From an uncultured Nanoarchaeota archaeon (GTDB lineage: Archaea > Nanobdellota > Nanobdellia > Pacearchaeales > GW2011-AR1), in NCBI GenBank assembly GCA_963779925.1, contig CAVZZS010000010.1, positions 612-64,611 on the forward strand: 64,000 bases of DNA. The letters run 5' to 3'. The position numbers were made by a program, and so were the translations under genes. Below are positions 47,070 through 56,153 of the stretch, piece after piece. The stretch's first letter is position 1; each line of letters opens with the position of its first letter. The notes under the pieces are model-generated. The model was not told the origin of the DNA, ran no database searches, and was given only the letters and a program-made list of their open reading frames with translations.

Positions 47070-47779
47070 TCAAATTTTTCATAGAATATCTGCTTTTCTT
47101 CAAAACCTAACGACTGCAATTTCTTTTTAACATCTTCAATCATTTCCTTTAGTCCGCAAATATAAAAATTACCGGTAAAATTATGTGTAGTATACTTATC
47201 TAAAAAATCTTGCACATATCCTTTGTCCAATGGACTATTCTTTGGATTGCTAAATATATTATAGAATTTGAAATTAGTGTGCTCTTTTGATAATCTCCCA
47301 AATTCTTTATCATATAGGCTGTCTTCTTCACTTCTTGCAGATTTTAATAAGATTATTTCTTTGTCAAAATTTCGGCTCAATAAATCCGCAATAATTCCTC
47401 TAAAGGGGGCAATTCCGACTCCGGCTGCGATAAAAATCAGATCTTTATTAAAATCATTTACAGTAAATTTTCCTGCAGGTCCGAATAGTTCAACTTCATT
47501 ACCCTGTTTTAATGTTTTTATGAATTCAGAGGCCAGTCCATTTGGGACAATCTTAATGCAAAATTCGATGAAAGTATTTTTTTTCTTTGGAGAATTAGAA
47601 ATTGAAAAGGGCTTTCTGATCTTCTTTCCATCTCCTCTGATAATGCTTAAAGAGAGATATTGCCCTGCCTTGAATTCGAAATTATCTGGAACAGAGAGCC
47701 GAATGCATTTTACATCATGAGTCAGGTTCTTTGTTTCCAAAACATTTGAATTAAAAATTTTAATCACTGGAAGTTTCAT
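47066..47779 (-). CDS. FNR-family FAD/NAD(P)H oxidoreductase
   Basis: RKPFSISNSP (RxYS-type FAD motif) and AAGVGIAPF (NAD(P)H motif). It is the last gene of the suf strand. Confidence 0.7.
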   Translation of the reverse strand: MKLPVIKIFNSNVLETKNLTHDVKCIRLSVPDNFEFKAGQYLSLSIIRGDGKKIRKPFSISNSPKKKNTFIEFCIKIVPNGLASEFIKTLKQGNEVELFGPAGKFTVNDFNKDLIFIAAGVGIAPFRGIIADLLSRNFDKEIILLKSARSEEDSLYDKEFGRLSKEHTNFKFYNIFSNPKNSPLDKGYVQDFLDKYTTHNFTGNFYICGLKEMIEDVKKKLQSLGFEEKQIFYEKFD

Positions 47780-48524
47780 TCTTTAGCCAATTATACCCTT
47801 TTTGTTCAAGATGATTGACAAAGCCACCATTCTCTTCCAATACTATCTTTCCATCAACCATGACAAAAACCCGGTCTGGTTCTATATATTCCAATATCCT
47901 CTTATAATGGGTTATGACAAGAATGTATTTATCTTTATTTGCGAAATTCTTAATCCCTTTTGCAACCACTCTCAGAGCATCAATATCAAGTCCAGAATCA
48001 GTTTCATCAAGGATCGCAACTTTCGGATTAAGTATCAGCATTTGGAGAATCTCAGACTTTTTCTTTTCTCCTCCGGAAAATCCCTGATTCAGATATCTGT
48101 CAAAGAATTTTTCATCCATGTCAAGCAACTTGGCTTTTTCTCTAAGCATTTCATAAAGCTCAAGAACAGACTTTTTACCATCTGAATATACCGAGTTATA
48201 AGCAGTTCTGAGAAAACTGGATAAATTTACTCCGGGAATTTCTTTCGGGTATTGAAAAGATAGGAAAATTCCTCTTTTTGCTCTTTCATCCGGGGTTAAG
48301 TTTGTTATGTCTTCCCCATCAAGTATAATCTCTCCTGAAATTATTTTATATTTTGGATGTCCCGCCAATGCATTTGAAAGACTAGTTTTACCGCTTCCAT
48401 TTGGCCCCATAAGAGCATAAATTTTCCCTTTTTCAAGTTTCATATTCACACCCCTAAGTATTTCTTTTCTATTGCCCAAATCATCCATAACTTCAACATG
48501 CAAATTTCTTATTTCCAATGCCAT
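47760..48524 (-). CDS. sufC: Fe-S cluster assembly ATPase SufC
   Basis: GPNGSGKTSL, GFSGGEKKKSEILQ, AILDETDSGLD. Confidence 0.93.
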   Translation of the reverse strand: MALEIRNLHVEVMDDLGNRKEILRGVNMKLEKGKIYALMGPNGSGKTSLSNALAGHPKYKIISGEIILDGEDITNLTPDERAKRGIFLSFQYPKEIPGVNLSSFLRTAYNSVYSDGKKSVLELYEMLREKAKLLDMDEKFFDRYLNQGFSGGEKKKSEILQMLILNPKVAILDETDSGLDIDALRVVAKGIKNFANKDKYILVITHYKRILEYIEPDRVFVMVDGKIVLEENGGFVNHLEQKGYNWLKNETSSD

Positions 48525-48525
48525 T

Positions 48526-48882
48526 TTAATTTAATTTTTTCAGAGCATCCAGCGGGAAAAGCTCGCACCCCATTCTTGTGGGGGTTATTTTCACGCCAAG
48601 AAATTTATCTATGTCTTCTTTGCTCAATTTTTTTATTTCTTCAATTTTCATCCCTTTAATGTGCTCTATCAATGCTTCTGCGGAGATCATGCTGACAAAA
48701 CATAATTTTCCATTAAATCTCGCATCGGCAATTTTATCTCCTTCAAGTTTTAATTCGATAATTATTTCATCATTGCACAAAGGATTTTTGTGGCTTACTT
48801 CATGGGTCTTATCTTTAAGATTTCCGAAATTTGGTCTTTCAGAATACAGTTCCAAAATCCTTTCTTTGTACATATTTTCCAT
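48526..48882 (-). CDS. sufU: SufU/IscU-like Fe-S scaffold or sulfur-transfer protein
   Basis: Three conserved Cys contexts: NPLCND, GKLCFVS, RMGCELFP. Confidence 0.75.
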   Translation of the reverse strand: MENMYKERILELYSERPNFGNLKDKTHEVSHKNPLCNDEIIIELKLEGDKIADARFNGKLCFVSMISAEALIEHIKGMKIEEIKKLSKEDIDKFLGVKITPTRMGCELFPLDALKKLN

Positions 48883-48883
48883 T

Positions 48884-50287
48884 TTAGCAGACAGAATTTT
48901 CTATTTCAAGTTCTATTAATTTATTTAATTCAGCAGCATATTCAAGAGGCAATTCTTTGATTACGGGCTCTATAAAGCCCGCAACAATCATTTTAGTTGC
49001 TTCTTCTTCGCTTAATCCACGAGACATAAGGTAGAACAACTGGTCTTCGCCAATTTTTCCGACAGCAGCTTCATGGGAGACCTCAACATTATTTTCAGAG
49101 ACTTCCATGCTTGGGAAAGTTTTTGCCTTGCTTAGATTGTCAAGCATTAATCCATCACACCTGACACTTGCCTTTGAATTTATGCATCCTTTCTTTATCT
49201 CAACCAAGCCTCTATAGGAAGTTATTCCGCCGTCCTTGCATATGCTTTTGCTTATTACATTGCATTTGGTATTTGATGCAAGATGATAAACTTTGCAGCC
49301 AGTGTCCTGATTCTGCCCTTTTCCAGCATAAGCAATTCCGACATAATCTGTTCTTGCATTTTCTCCAATAAGAACACTGCATGGATAAAGCATTGTTGTT
49401 TTGCTCCCCATATTTCCATTAACCCATTCCATTATTCCATTTTCATGGACAATTCCCCTCTTCGTATTGAGATTGTAAGTATTCTTGCTCCAATTTTCAA
49501 TGCTGGAATACCGGACTCTTGCATTCTTTAGCACATGAATCTCAACGCATCCGGCATGGAGAGAATTTTCAGAATAAACAGGTGCAGAACAGCCTTCAAT
49601 ATAATGAAGGACGGATCCCTCGTCTGCGATTATCAATGTATGTTCAAATTGCCCTCCTTTTTTTGCATTCATTCTGAAATAAGCCTGCAAAGGCATTTCA
49701 ACTTTTACACCTTTAGGGACATAAATGAACGTTCCCCCACTCCAAACAGCAGAGTGTAAGGCCGCAAATTTATGCAATGCAGGGGAAATACAATTAGTCA
49801 TAAAATATTTCTGCACAAGCTCCGGATATTTTTGGACTGCTTCATCCATATCTAAGAAGATAACGCCCTGCTCTTCCAGGCTTTTTTTAAGATTATGATA
49901 GACAACCTCCGATTCATACTGTGCCCCTGCTCCGGCAAGAGACTTCTTCTCTGCTTCAGGAATTCCCAATCTTTCAAAGGTTTTTTTAATTGCAGATGGA
50001 ACATCTTCCCAGTTCCTTGAATTCTTTAATGCATTTGGCTTAAGATAGAAGTGTATATCATCTAAGTTCAAGTCTGATAAATCTGGACCCCAAGTAGGCA
50101 TGGACTTTTTATTAAAAATCTCCAGCCCTTTTAATCGCTTATTAAGCATCCATTCGGGTTCATTCTTATCTTTTGAAATTTGTCTTACTATTTCTTCGTT
50201 CAATCCCGTTTCTGCCTTAAATTTCAAATCTTCTGGATTATAATGGTCAAATGCTTCTCTAACAACTTCAAAATTTGTCTGTTCCAT
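48884..50287 (-). CDS. sufB: Fe-S cluster assembly protein SufB
   Basis: 467 aa with conserved blocks throughout (HSAVWSGGTFIYVPKG, HTLIIADEGS, RGLSEEEA). Confidence 0.95.
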   Translation of the reverse strand: MEQTNFEVVREAFDHYNPEDLKFKAETGLNEEIVRQISKDKNEPEWMLNKRLKGLEIFNKKSMPTWGPDLSDLNLDDIHFYLKPNALKNSRNWEDVPSAIKKTFERLGIPEAEKKSLAGAGAQYESEVVYHNLKKSLEEQGVIFLDMDEAVQKYPELVQKYFMTNCISPALHKFAALHSAVWSGGTFIYVPKGVKVEMPLQAYFRMNAKKGGQFEHTLIIADEGSVLHYIEGCSAPVYSENSLHAGCVEIHVLKNARVRYSSIENWSKNTYNLNTKRGIVHENGIMEWVNGNMGSKTTMLYPCSVLIGENARTDYVGIAYAGKGQNQDTGCKVYHLASNTKCNVISKSICKDGGITSYRGLVEIKKGCINSKASVRCDGLMLDNLSKAKTFPSMEVSENNVEVSHEAAVGKIGEDQLFYLMSRGLSEEEATKMIVAGFIEPVIKELPLEYAAELNKLIELEIENSVC

Positions 50288-50312
50288 AAAATTAACTATT
50301 GTTAATATTTTT

Positions 50313-50332
50313 TAAGGCTTGCGGTAAGGCTT
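50313..50332. promoter_or_regulatory. direct repeat TAAGGCTT-N4-TAAGGCTT in the sufB / HTH-regulator divergent intergenic region (candidate operator)
   Basis: The 8-mers at 50313..50320 and 50325..50332 are identical. They lie between the sufB ATG (50287) and the regulator ATG (50359). Confidence 0.35.
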
Positions 50333-50358
50333 AAATATGCAAAGAAGCTAAAGTTATT

Positions 50359-50726
50359 ATGAAAAAGACTATGCCCAGGAAATTGAAGTCTGGTATCTAA
50401 TTCCGGCACTGCGAAGAGAGCTTGCAAGAATCTTTATCGAAGATTATGGATTGAAGCAAAAAAAGGCTGCAGAATGTCTGGGAATAACGGAAGCGGCAAT
50501 TTCTCAGTATTTGAAATCAAAAAGGGGCGGAGAAATAAAGTTTTCAGATAAAGCTCTGAAAGAGATAAAAAAGTCAGCAAAAGAAGTAATAGAAAACAAT
50601 GAAGATGTAATGAAAAAAATATATGAATTATGTGTTTCTTTAAGAAAATCAAAAGTTATGTGTGATTTTCACAGGTTACAAGATAAGAGGATTCCCAAGA
50701 GTTGCGATGTTTGCCTGAGGGATTAA
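50359..50726 (+). CDS. HTH transcription regulator with a C-terminal Cys cluster; the N-terminus is out of frame at an A5 run
   Basis: The frame of the track ORF (TTG 50451) is open back to 50352 and reads EKDYAQEIEVWYLIPALRRELARIFIEDYGL. The ATG at 50359 is in another frame. One extra A in 50362..50366 gives MKKDYAQEIEVWY. HTH: AAECLGITEAAISQYLKSKRG. Cysteines: C-x11-C-x16-C-x2-C. Confidence 0.6.
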
Positions 50727-51051
50727 CGTTCCAGAATGAAAAATTGATTATAGGCACTTCTTTAGTAACTGGACTGGACTCTAAAAGTTGTGTTAAAGAA
50801 GATTCTATTCTGTAGTGTCGGTCTTGCGCTATCAATTTTACTTTTTTCTCTCCAATATAAGATGTACGTCTATAACCGGCTACTTCAATTTCCATACTTA
50901 GGGGTTGCCTTTTGCTGTCAAGATTAATCTGTTCAATGTACACCAAAACTCCGCCATTTAGATGTTGTTCACGAATTGCACTTATACTAGAATTATAAAC
51001 ATCATTTTCTGCGTCAAGCTGTGGATAATCCCAAAGATCATATCTCTCCAT
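50656..51051 (-). CDS. hypothetical protein
   Basis: 131 aa ORF. Its 3' end overlaps the convergent regulator by 71 nt, so the C-terminus is doubtful. Confidence 0.35.
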   Translation of the reverse strand: MERYDLWDYPQLDAENDVYNSSISAIREQHLNGGVLVYIEQINLDSKRQPLSMEIEVAGYRRTSYIGEKKVKLIAQDRHYRIESSLTQLLESSPVTKEVPIINFSFWNVNPSGKHRNSWESSYLVTCENHT

Positions 51052-51076
51052 AACGGATTAGTTATCTGATTGTCTT

Positions 51077-51325
51077 TTAAGGATTTCTATTTCTTATACT
51101 ATTAAATTTTTCAATTATAATATTAACATCTTTCAGCATCATCGTCACTGTTTCTTCATCCATTCCATGCATTTTTGCGCCCATTTCAAGGGTGTCTGCG
51201 CCAGAAAAATGGCACCCCACACAATGCAACCCATATCCCATTAAAATAGGAGCGGCTTCAGGATATTTGGTGATTATATCTATCAAAAACATGTCTTTTA
51301 TAACAAATTTTTTTTCTTTTCTCAT
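51077..51325 (-). CDS. DUF1858 / hybrid-cluster-protein-associated redox disulfide domain protein
   Basis: IIITKYPEAAPILMGYGLHCVGCHFSGADTLEMGAKMHG. The internal ATG at 51325 is preferred. Confidence 0.65.
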   Translation of the reverse strand: MRKEKKFVIKDMFLIDIITKYPEAAPILMGYGLHCVGCHFSGADTLEMGAKMHGMDEETVTMMLKDVNIIIEKFNSIRNRNP

Positions 51326-51393
51326 CTTAACGATAGTTAATATAAAAAATAAAGTTTTTATACGTTTAAAAATCTTATTTGTATAGAAAGAGA

Positions 51394-52098
51394 ATGGAAT
51401 TAATAATAAAAGATAATAAAAGAGAAGCTGTGAAAAAAGCGGCATCAATAATATCTAAGCTTGTCAAGAAAAAACCTAATGCAATCTTAGCATTGGCGAC
51501 AGGCTCAACTATGATCCCGCTCTACAGAGAATTGTCAAGCCTGTATAAAAAAAAGGAAATAGATTTCTCTCAGGTTACGACTTTTAATCTTGATGAATAT
51601 GCCGATATCGCTTTCAATAATTCTGAAAGTTATCATTATTATATGAATAAAAATCTCTTCGACAAGGTCAATATACAAAAATGCAATACGCACTTCCCTT
51701 CATCAGAAGGAAAGGAGTATGAAGAAGAGATTAAGGAAATGGGGGGGATTGACTTGAGCATATTGGGAATTGGAGTAAATGGGCATATTGCATTCAATGA
51801 ACCAGGCTCTTCATTCAAAAGCAAGACAAGAGAGGTCAAATTATCAGAAAAGACGATTAAAACAAATTCCAAATTGTTTCCAAGTATAAAGAAAGTTCCG
51901 AAAGAGGCCTATACTGTCGGGATAGAAACCATAATGAAATCAAGAGAAATTGTTCTTCTTGCATTCGGTTCAAAAAAAGCAGATGCAATTGCAGACGCAG
52001 TAAAGAGTCCTATGACAAAAAAATCGCCTGCTTCAGTATTAAGAAAGCACAAAAATACCTTATTTATTCTGGACAAAAAGGCTGCTAAAAAATTATAA
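51394..52098 (+). CDS. nagB: glucosamine-6-phosphate deaminase / 6-phosphogluconolactonase family
   Basis: LALATGSTMIPLY, FNLDEY, GIGVNGHIAFNEPGS. Confidence 0.8.
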   Translation: MELIIKDNKREAVKKAASIISKLVKKKPNAILALATGSTMIPLYRELSSLYKKKEIDFSQVTTFNLDEYADIAFNNSESYHYYMNKNLFDKVNIQKCNTHFPSSEGKEYEEEIKEMGGIDLSILGIGVNGHIAFNEPGSSFKSKTREVKLSEKTIKTNSKLFPSIKKVPKEAYTVGIETIMKSREIVLLAFGSKKADAIADAVKSPMTKKSPASVLRKHKNTLFILDKKAAKKL

Positions 52099-52132
52099 TA
52101 AACCTTAAATATTAATCTAAGAAGTATTTGAT

Positions 52133-52729
52133 ATGGAAAAGAGCGAAGCGTTGGTTGTTGTTGCCCACCCCGATGATGAGACTATATGGATGGGCGGTAC
52201 AATTCTGAGAAACAAAAATTGGAAATGGACAATTTTTTCTCTGTGCAGATCAAAGGATCCAGATAGGAAGCCAAAATTCGAACAAGCCTGCAAGATCTAC
52301 AATGCAAATGCAATAATATCAAACCTAGACGATGAAATTCTTCAGCCGATAAATCTTAATGAAATCATAAGAATCATAAAAATATCCTTGCCTCAAAAAA
52401 ATTATGATATAATCTTTACGCATGGAAAAAATGGGGAATATGGCCATATTAGGCATATTGAAGTCCATAATGCAATCGAAGAAATGGTAAAAAACAAGGA
52501 ATTAACTGCAAGAAAGGTTTACTTTTTTAATTATAAAAAAGGGGAAAATATTCCATACCCTAAATTAAAAGTTCCAGAGCCTATAGATTCTTCAGATTTA
52601 GTCTTAAATTTAAATGAGCAAGAATTAGAATCGAAGAAAAAAATCATCAAGAATGTTTATGGATATCCTAATGAGAAAGGATTTGAACTAATGAGTTGCA
52701 ATAAAATGGAGAGCTTTTCTTTAAAATGA
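52133..52729 (+). CDS. PIG-L/LmbE-family N-acetylglucosaminyl deacetylase
   Basis: VVVAHPDDETIWMGGT and a downstream HxxH (HIRHIEVH). Confidence 0.8.
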   Translation: MEKSEALVVVAHPDDETIWMGGTILRNKNWKWTIFSLCRSKDPDRKPKFEQACKIYNANAIISNLDDEILQPINLNEIIRIIKISLPQKNYDIIFTHGKNGEYGHIRHIEVHNAIEEMVKNKELTARKVYFFNYKKGENIPYPKLKVPEPIDSSDLVLNLNEQELESKKKIIKNVYGYPNEKGFELMSCNKMESFSLK

Positions 52730-53874
52730 AAATTCTTGTGCTATATCCTCATCCAGTTGAGCCAGATGGCGTAAGTTTGCAGGGGCATTATCTTATCAAG
52801 GGATTAAGAGAGCTGGGCGTTGAAGTAATGCCTTGTGACAGGGGAAACAGTCTTGAAAAATTGTACGTATACAAATCATTTAAACCGGACGTGGTTATCG
52901 GGCTGGGTTTCTGGGGAGATACTCCTGAAATTGTTCACAGCCCTATAAATCATGGATTAAAAGTAGTTCCTTGGTTTAATGCCGATGGCTGGGTTGCAAA
53001 TTACCATCATACATTAAATGATCTGCCTCTGCTTGTTGCAACAAGCAATTGGGTCAAGCAAACTTACATGAGGGACGGACTTAAGGGGGATAACATCCAA
53101 GTCTGTCACATCGGTTATGACCCTGAAACATTCCACCCAACAAATGATTCTGAAAGCATAAAAAAATTGAGAGGGCTTCTTGGAATTCAGGATGACGAAA
53201 AAATGATTTTCACCGCTGGAGGCGATGTAACCAGCAAAGGAGCGCAGGAAATGTTCAAGGCTATTGCTAAGTTAAATGATGAGTTTCCAAATTGGAAATA
53301 TGTATTGAAAACAAATGAAAGTTTTTCTGCAGATGATCATGGGCATGAAGAAGAAGACTTGATTGAAGAATTGGGGCTCGACAAAAGCAGGATAATATAC
53401 TTGCAGGGAAAATATTCTCCTGAATTTATGGCTTCACTATTAAATGCGTGCGATATTTATGCGGCTCCATCAAGATTAGAGGGCTTCGGCATGATACAAG
53501 TAGAGGCAATGGCCTGCGGGAAGCCGGTAATCTCGATAAATGTCGGTGGCCCAAAAGATACAATTGTTCATGAAAAAACAGGCTTTCTTGTCGATGTTGA
53601 AACCGAGATAAAGCTTCCAAGCGAATGGGCCTATGATTGGATGGGATTTGAAGATAAGCATAAAATAGTCTTCGATAAGCCAAAGACATTTGCATATCGT
53701 GCGAATATAGATCAACTAGCAGAATATACCTTGAAATTATTGAAAGATGATTCTTTAAGAGAGCAAATGGGAAAAGATGCGGCAGAACATGCGCTGAATA
53801 ATTTCCATTACAGGGTTACTGCACAAAGAATGCTTAATTTAATCAACGAGCATGTTCTGAACAAAAAAGATTAG
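52726..53874 (+). CDS. GT4-family glycosyltransferase
   Basis: EGFGMIQVEAMACGKPVIS (E-x7-E region). Confidence 0.8.
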   Translation: MKILVLYPHPVEPDGVSLQGHYLIKGLRELGVEVMPCDRGNSLEKLYVYKSFKPDVVIGLGFWGDTPEIVHSPINHGLKVVPWFNADGWVANYHHTLNDLPLLVATSNWVKQTYMRDGLKGDNIQVCHIGYDPETFHPTNDSESIKKLRGLLGIQDDEKMIFTAGGDVTSKGAQEMFKAIAKLNDEFPNWKYVLKTNESFSADDHGHEEEDLIEELGLDKSRIIYLQGKYSPEFMASLLNACDIYAAPSRLEGFGMIQVEAMACGKPVISINVGGPKDTIVHEKTGFLVDVETEIKLPSEWAYDWMGFEDKHKIVFDKPKTFAYRANIDQLAEYTLKLLKDDSLREQMGKDAAEHALNNFHYRVTAQRMLNLINEHVLNKKD

Positions 53875-54992
53875 ACTTTTTCAAGAGAATTCATTACATC
53901 CTGCAAAGAAAGTCTCTTCACTTCAGTCAAACTATCAGCAGCTCCAAGAAACACGAGCAGGTCATCTCCATCTTGCACTAATCCCGTTGGAAAGATAACA
54001 TTATTCACATATCCTTTCTCTTCATAGTTTTCTGTTGGAGCAAGAATCGGTCCATTAGATTTTGCAATAATCTTCCTCGGATTTTTCAAATCAAGCAATA
54101 CTGCTCCAACCTCATATTTTGATATGACTTTGACAATGCTAGAGCCAGAAACAATGACGGGGGCATCAGCATTTTTTTCAATTACTCCATGATAAAAAAG
54201 AAGCCAGCCTTTTTTTGTCTTTATTGGAGGAGGACCTGCACCAGCTCTTCTATAATCCCAAGCTCCTTTCTTCGATAATTTAAGAGGTTTATTTTCTCCC
54301 CATTCAATTAGGTCTTTAGATGAAGCAACCCAAATATGGGGTGGCGTGAATTCAAAACTTCCTTCAGGACGATTAAAAGCATAATATTTATTATTTATTT
54401 TCTGAGGAAAAAGGACGACATCTTTATTCTGTTCGGAAAAAATTATTCCTTTCCTCTTCCAGTTTATGCAATCTTTCGAAATAGCCAAAGATGTTGAAAC
54501 ATTTTCTTGGTTGGATAGAGAAACATAAGTCATAGCATATCCATTGCCGATTTTTACAATTCTTGGATCTTCAACACCAAACTCCCCATTGTTTTCTAAT
54601 CCGGTAAATGTTGGGTTTTTATCAATTGATTTAATCTTAAATCCGGTTTTGTCCAATACAATTTTTCTAAAGTGGGACATATATAATAATCTTTTAGTAG
54701 CATCTTTGAAGATTATATCTTTTTTAGATTTCGATCTCGCATCCCCTTTTTTGAACCGATCAAATTCTATCTTGCATATTTTTTCCCCCGTGCATCGCGG
54801 AGCATAATAATACTTATTATCTTCACTATATCCTTGCTTCATTTGTTCTGCAACACGAACATAGAGAGCTATATCGCCATTCGGCAATCTTGTCGCAGCA
54901 GGATTAAAAGTCCCCACAACCTCAAATTTATTAGAACTAGGTTTGATGTCTTTGGGAGTAATCAGCACAGCCTCTTTTTTTACAGGAATCAT
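53871..54992 (-). CDS. GH130-family glycoside phosphorylase/hydrolase (DUF377 beta-propeller)
   Basis: VGTFNPAATRL, GVEDPRIVKIG, WDYRRAGAGPPP. Confidence 0.7.
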   Translation of the reverse strand: MIPVKKEAVLITPKDIKPSSNKFEVVGTFNPAATRLPNGDIALYVRVAEQMKQGYSEDNKYYYAPRCTGEKICKIEFDRFKKGDARSKSKKDIIFKDATKRLLYMSHFRKIVLDKTGFKIKSIDKNPTFTGLENNGEFGVEDPRIVKIGNGYAMTYVSLSNQENVSTSLAISKDCINWKRKGIIFSEQNKDVVLFPQKINNKYYAFNRPEGSFEFTPPHIWVASSKDLIEWGENKPLKLSKKGAWDYRRAGAGPPPIKTKKGWLLFYHGVIEKNADAPVIVSGSSIVKVISKYEVGAVLLDLKNPRKIIAKSNGPILAPTENYEEKGYVNNVIFPTGLVQDGDDLLVFLGAADSLTEVKRLSLQDVMNSLEKV

Positions 54993-55022
54993 GTTATAAA
55001 ATTATTCTGGAAGTATAAAAAT

Positions 55023-56147
55023 TTATCCAATTAAAACTCTTTTTTCTTTCAAAGATTCATAAGCAACAATGTACATTGCAGCATTCCATCCTTGATAACC
55101 CTCTACGCTTGCTTCAGTTCTTCCTATTTCTCCTGTTTGTCCGTTTAGCCATTCAGCAAAATTCCCACTATTCTTCATATTGGCTTCAGCTAGTTTAATC
55201 AATTGGGTCTCAGCTTCTTTGAATTTTTTCATTTTTATGAGAGCAAGGACATAAAATCCGCCGATGAATGTCCAAATCCCCGCATTGAGATAATGCCAGG
55301 GTTTTCCTGCAGCGCAATCCAGAAAATAATCTTGCCAGTCTTTGCTGCCTGGTTTTATTGGAGGATAAATTGCTTTAACTGGATAGGGTTGATTTATCTT
55401 ATTCTTTTTTATGTATGATAAAATCTTTTCAGCTTTGTCTTTATCGGTAAGTTCAAAGAGAATTGCCAATAAATTTCCGAGTGTATCAAACCATTCGCCT
55501 TTTTCATGATATTTTCCATGATTTTTCCATCTCCAAGGCAGGTAAAAATTTTCCCCCCACAATCCAAAGTCTTTATTATTATTGACAACAGATTTCACTT
55601 TCTCTGCATCTTTGTTCATTCCTGCCAATTTCAAAGCATGATAATACAAAGCCTGCGTATTTATTGTGTGCCCATATCTGTGTGGAAATGCATCCTGCCA
55701 ATCAGTGGTTGGCAATTGTTCTGGCATGGAATCTTCTCCCGTATCCTGGCATGCAAGCCATTCAAAGGCCCGATCAATATTTTTCTTATATCTATTGAAT
55801 AAAGAACTGTCCTTGTATTTGTTTTTGTAATTATAATGTCCGATTATAAACCACAAAGTAGAATCAATTGACATGTAATCTACATGGTGCTTTCTACTGG
55901 AATATTTATCTACTGCATTGGGGATTTGTCCTTTTGCTGATTGATTCTCCGCCAAGGTAATAAGGGACTTTTTTATTGTCTCTCTCATTTTTTTATCATT
56001 AAGCAGAGAAGCCCCCAGAGAAATTATCATTGAATCTCTTCCAAAAACCATATCATAGCCGGGATATGCGGCAAAAAATCCATGAGATGTAGAGCACTTG
56101 TTCAAAATCCAGGTTGCCTTTTCATAAGCTTCTTTTATCAATTCCAT
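55023..56147 (-). CDS. (alpha/alpha)6-barrel glycosidase, amylo-alpha-1,6-glucosidase (GDE_C)-like
   Basis: FGRDSMISLGA, WQDAFPHRYGH, YLNAGIWTFIGG. Confidence 0.6.
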   Translation of the reverse strand: MELIKEAYEKATWILNKCSTSHGFFAAYPGYDMVFGRDSMIISLGASLLNDKKMRETIKKSLITLAENQSAKGQIPNAVDKYSSRKHHVDYMSIDSTLWFIIGHYNYKNKYKDSSLFNRYKKNIDRAFEWLACQDTGEDSMPEQLPTTDWQDAFPHRYGHTINTQALYYHALKLAGMNKDAEKVKSVVNNNKDFGLWGENFYLPWRWKNHGKYHEKGEWFDTLGNLLAILFELTDKDKAEKILSYIKKNKINQPYPVKAIYPPIKPGSKDWQDYFLDCAAGKPWHYLNAGIWTFIGGFYVLALIKMKKFKEAETQLIKLAEANMKNSGNFAEWLNGQTGEIGRTEASVEGYQGWNAAMYIVAYESLKEKRVLIG

Positions 56148-56153
56148 TTTAAA

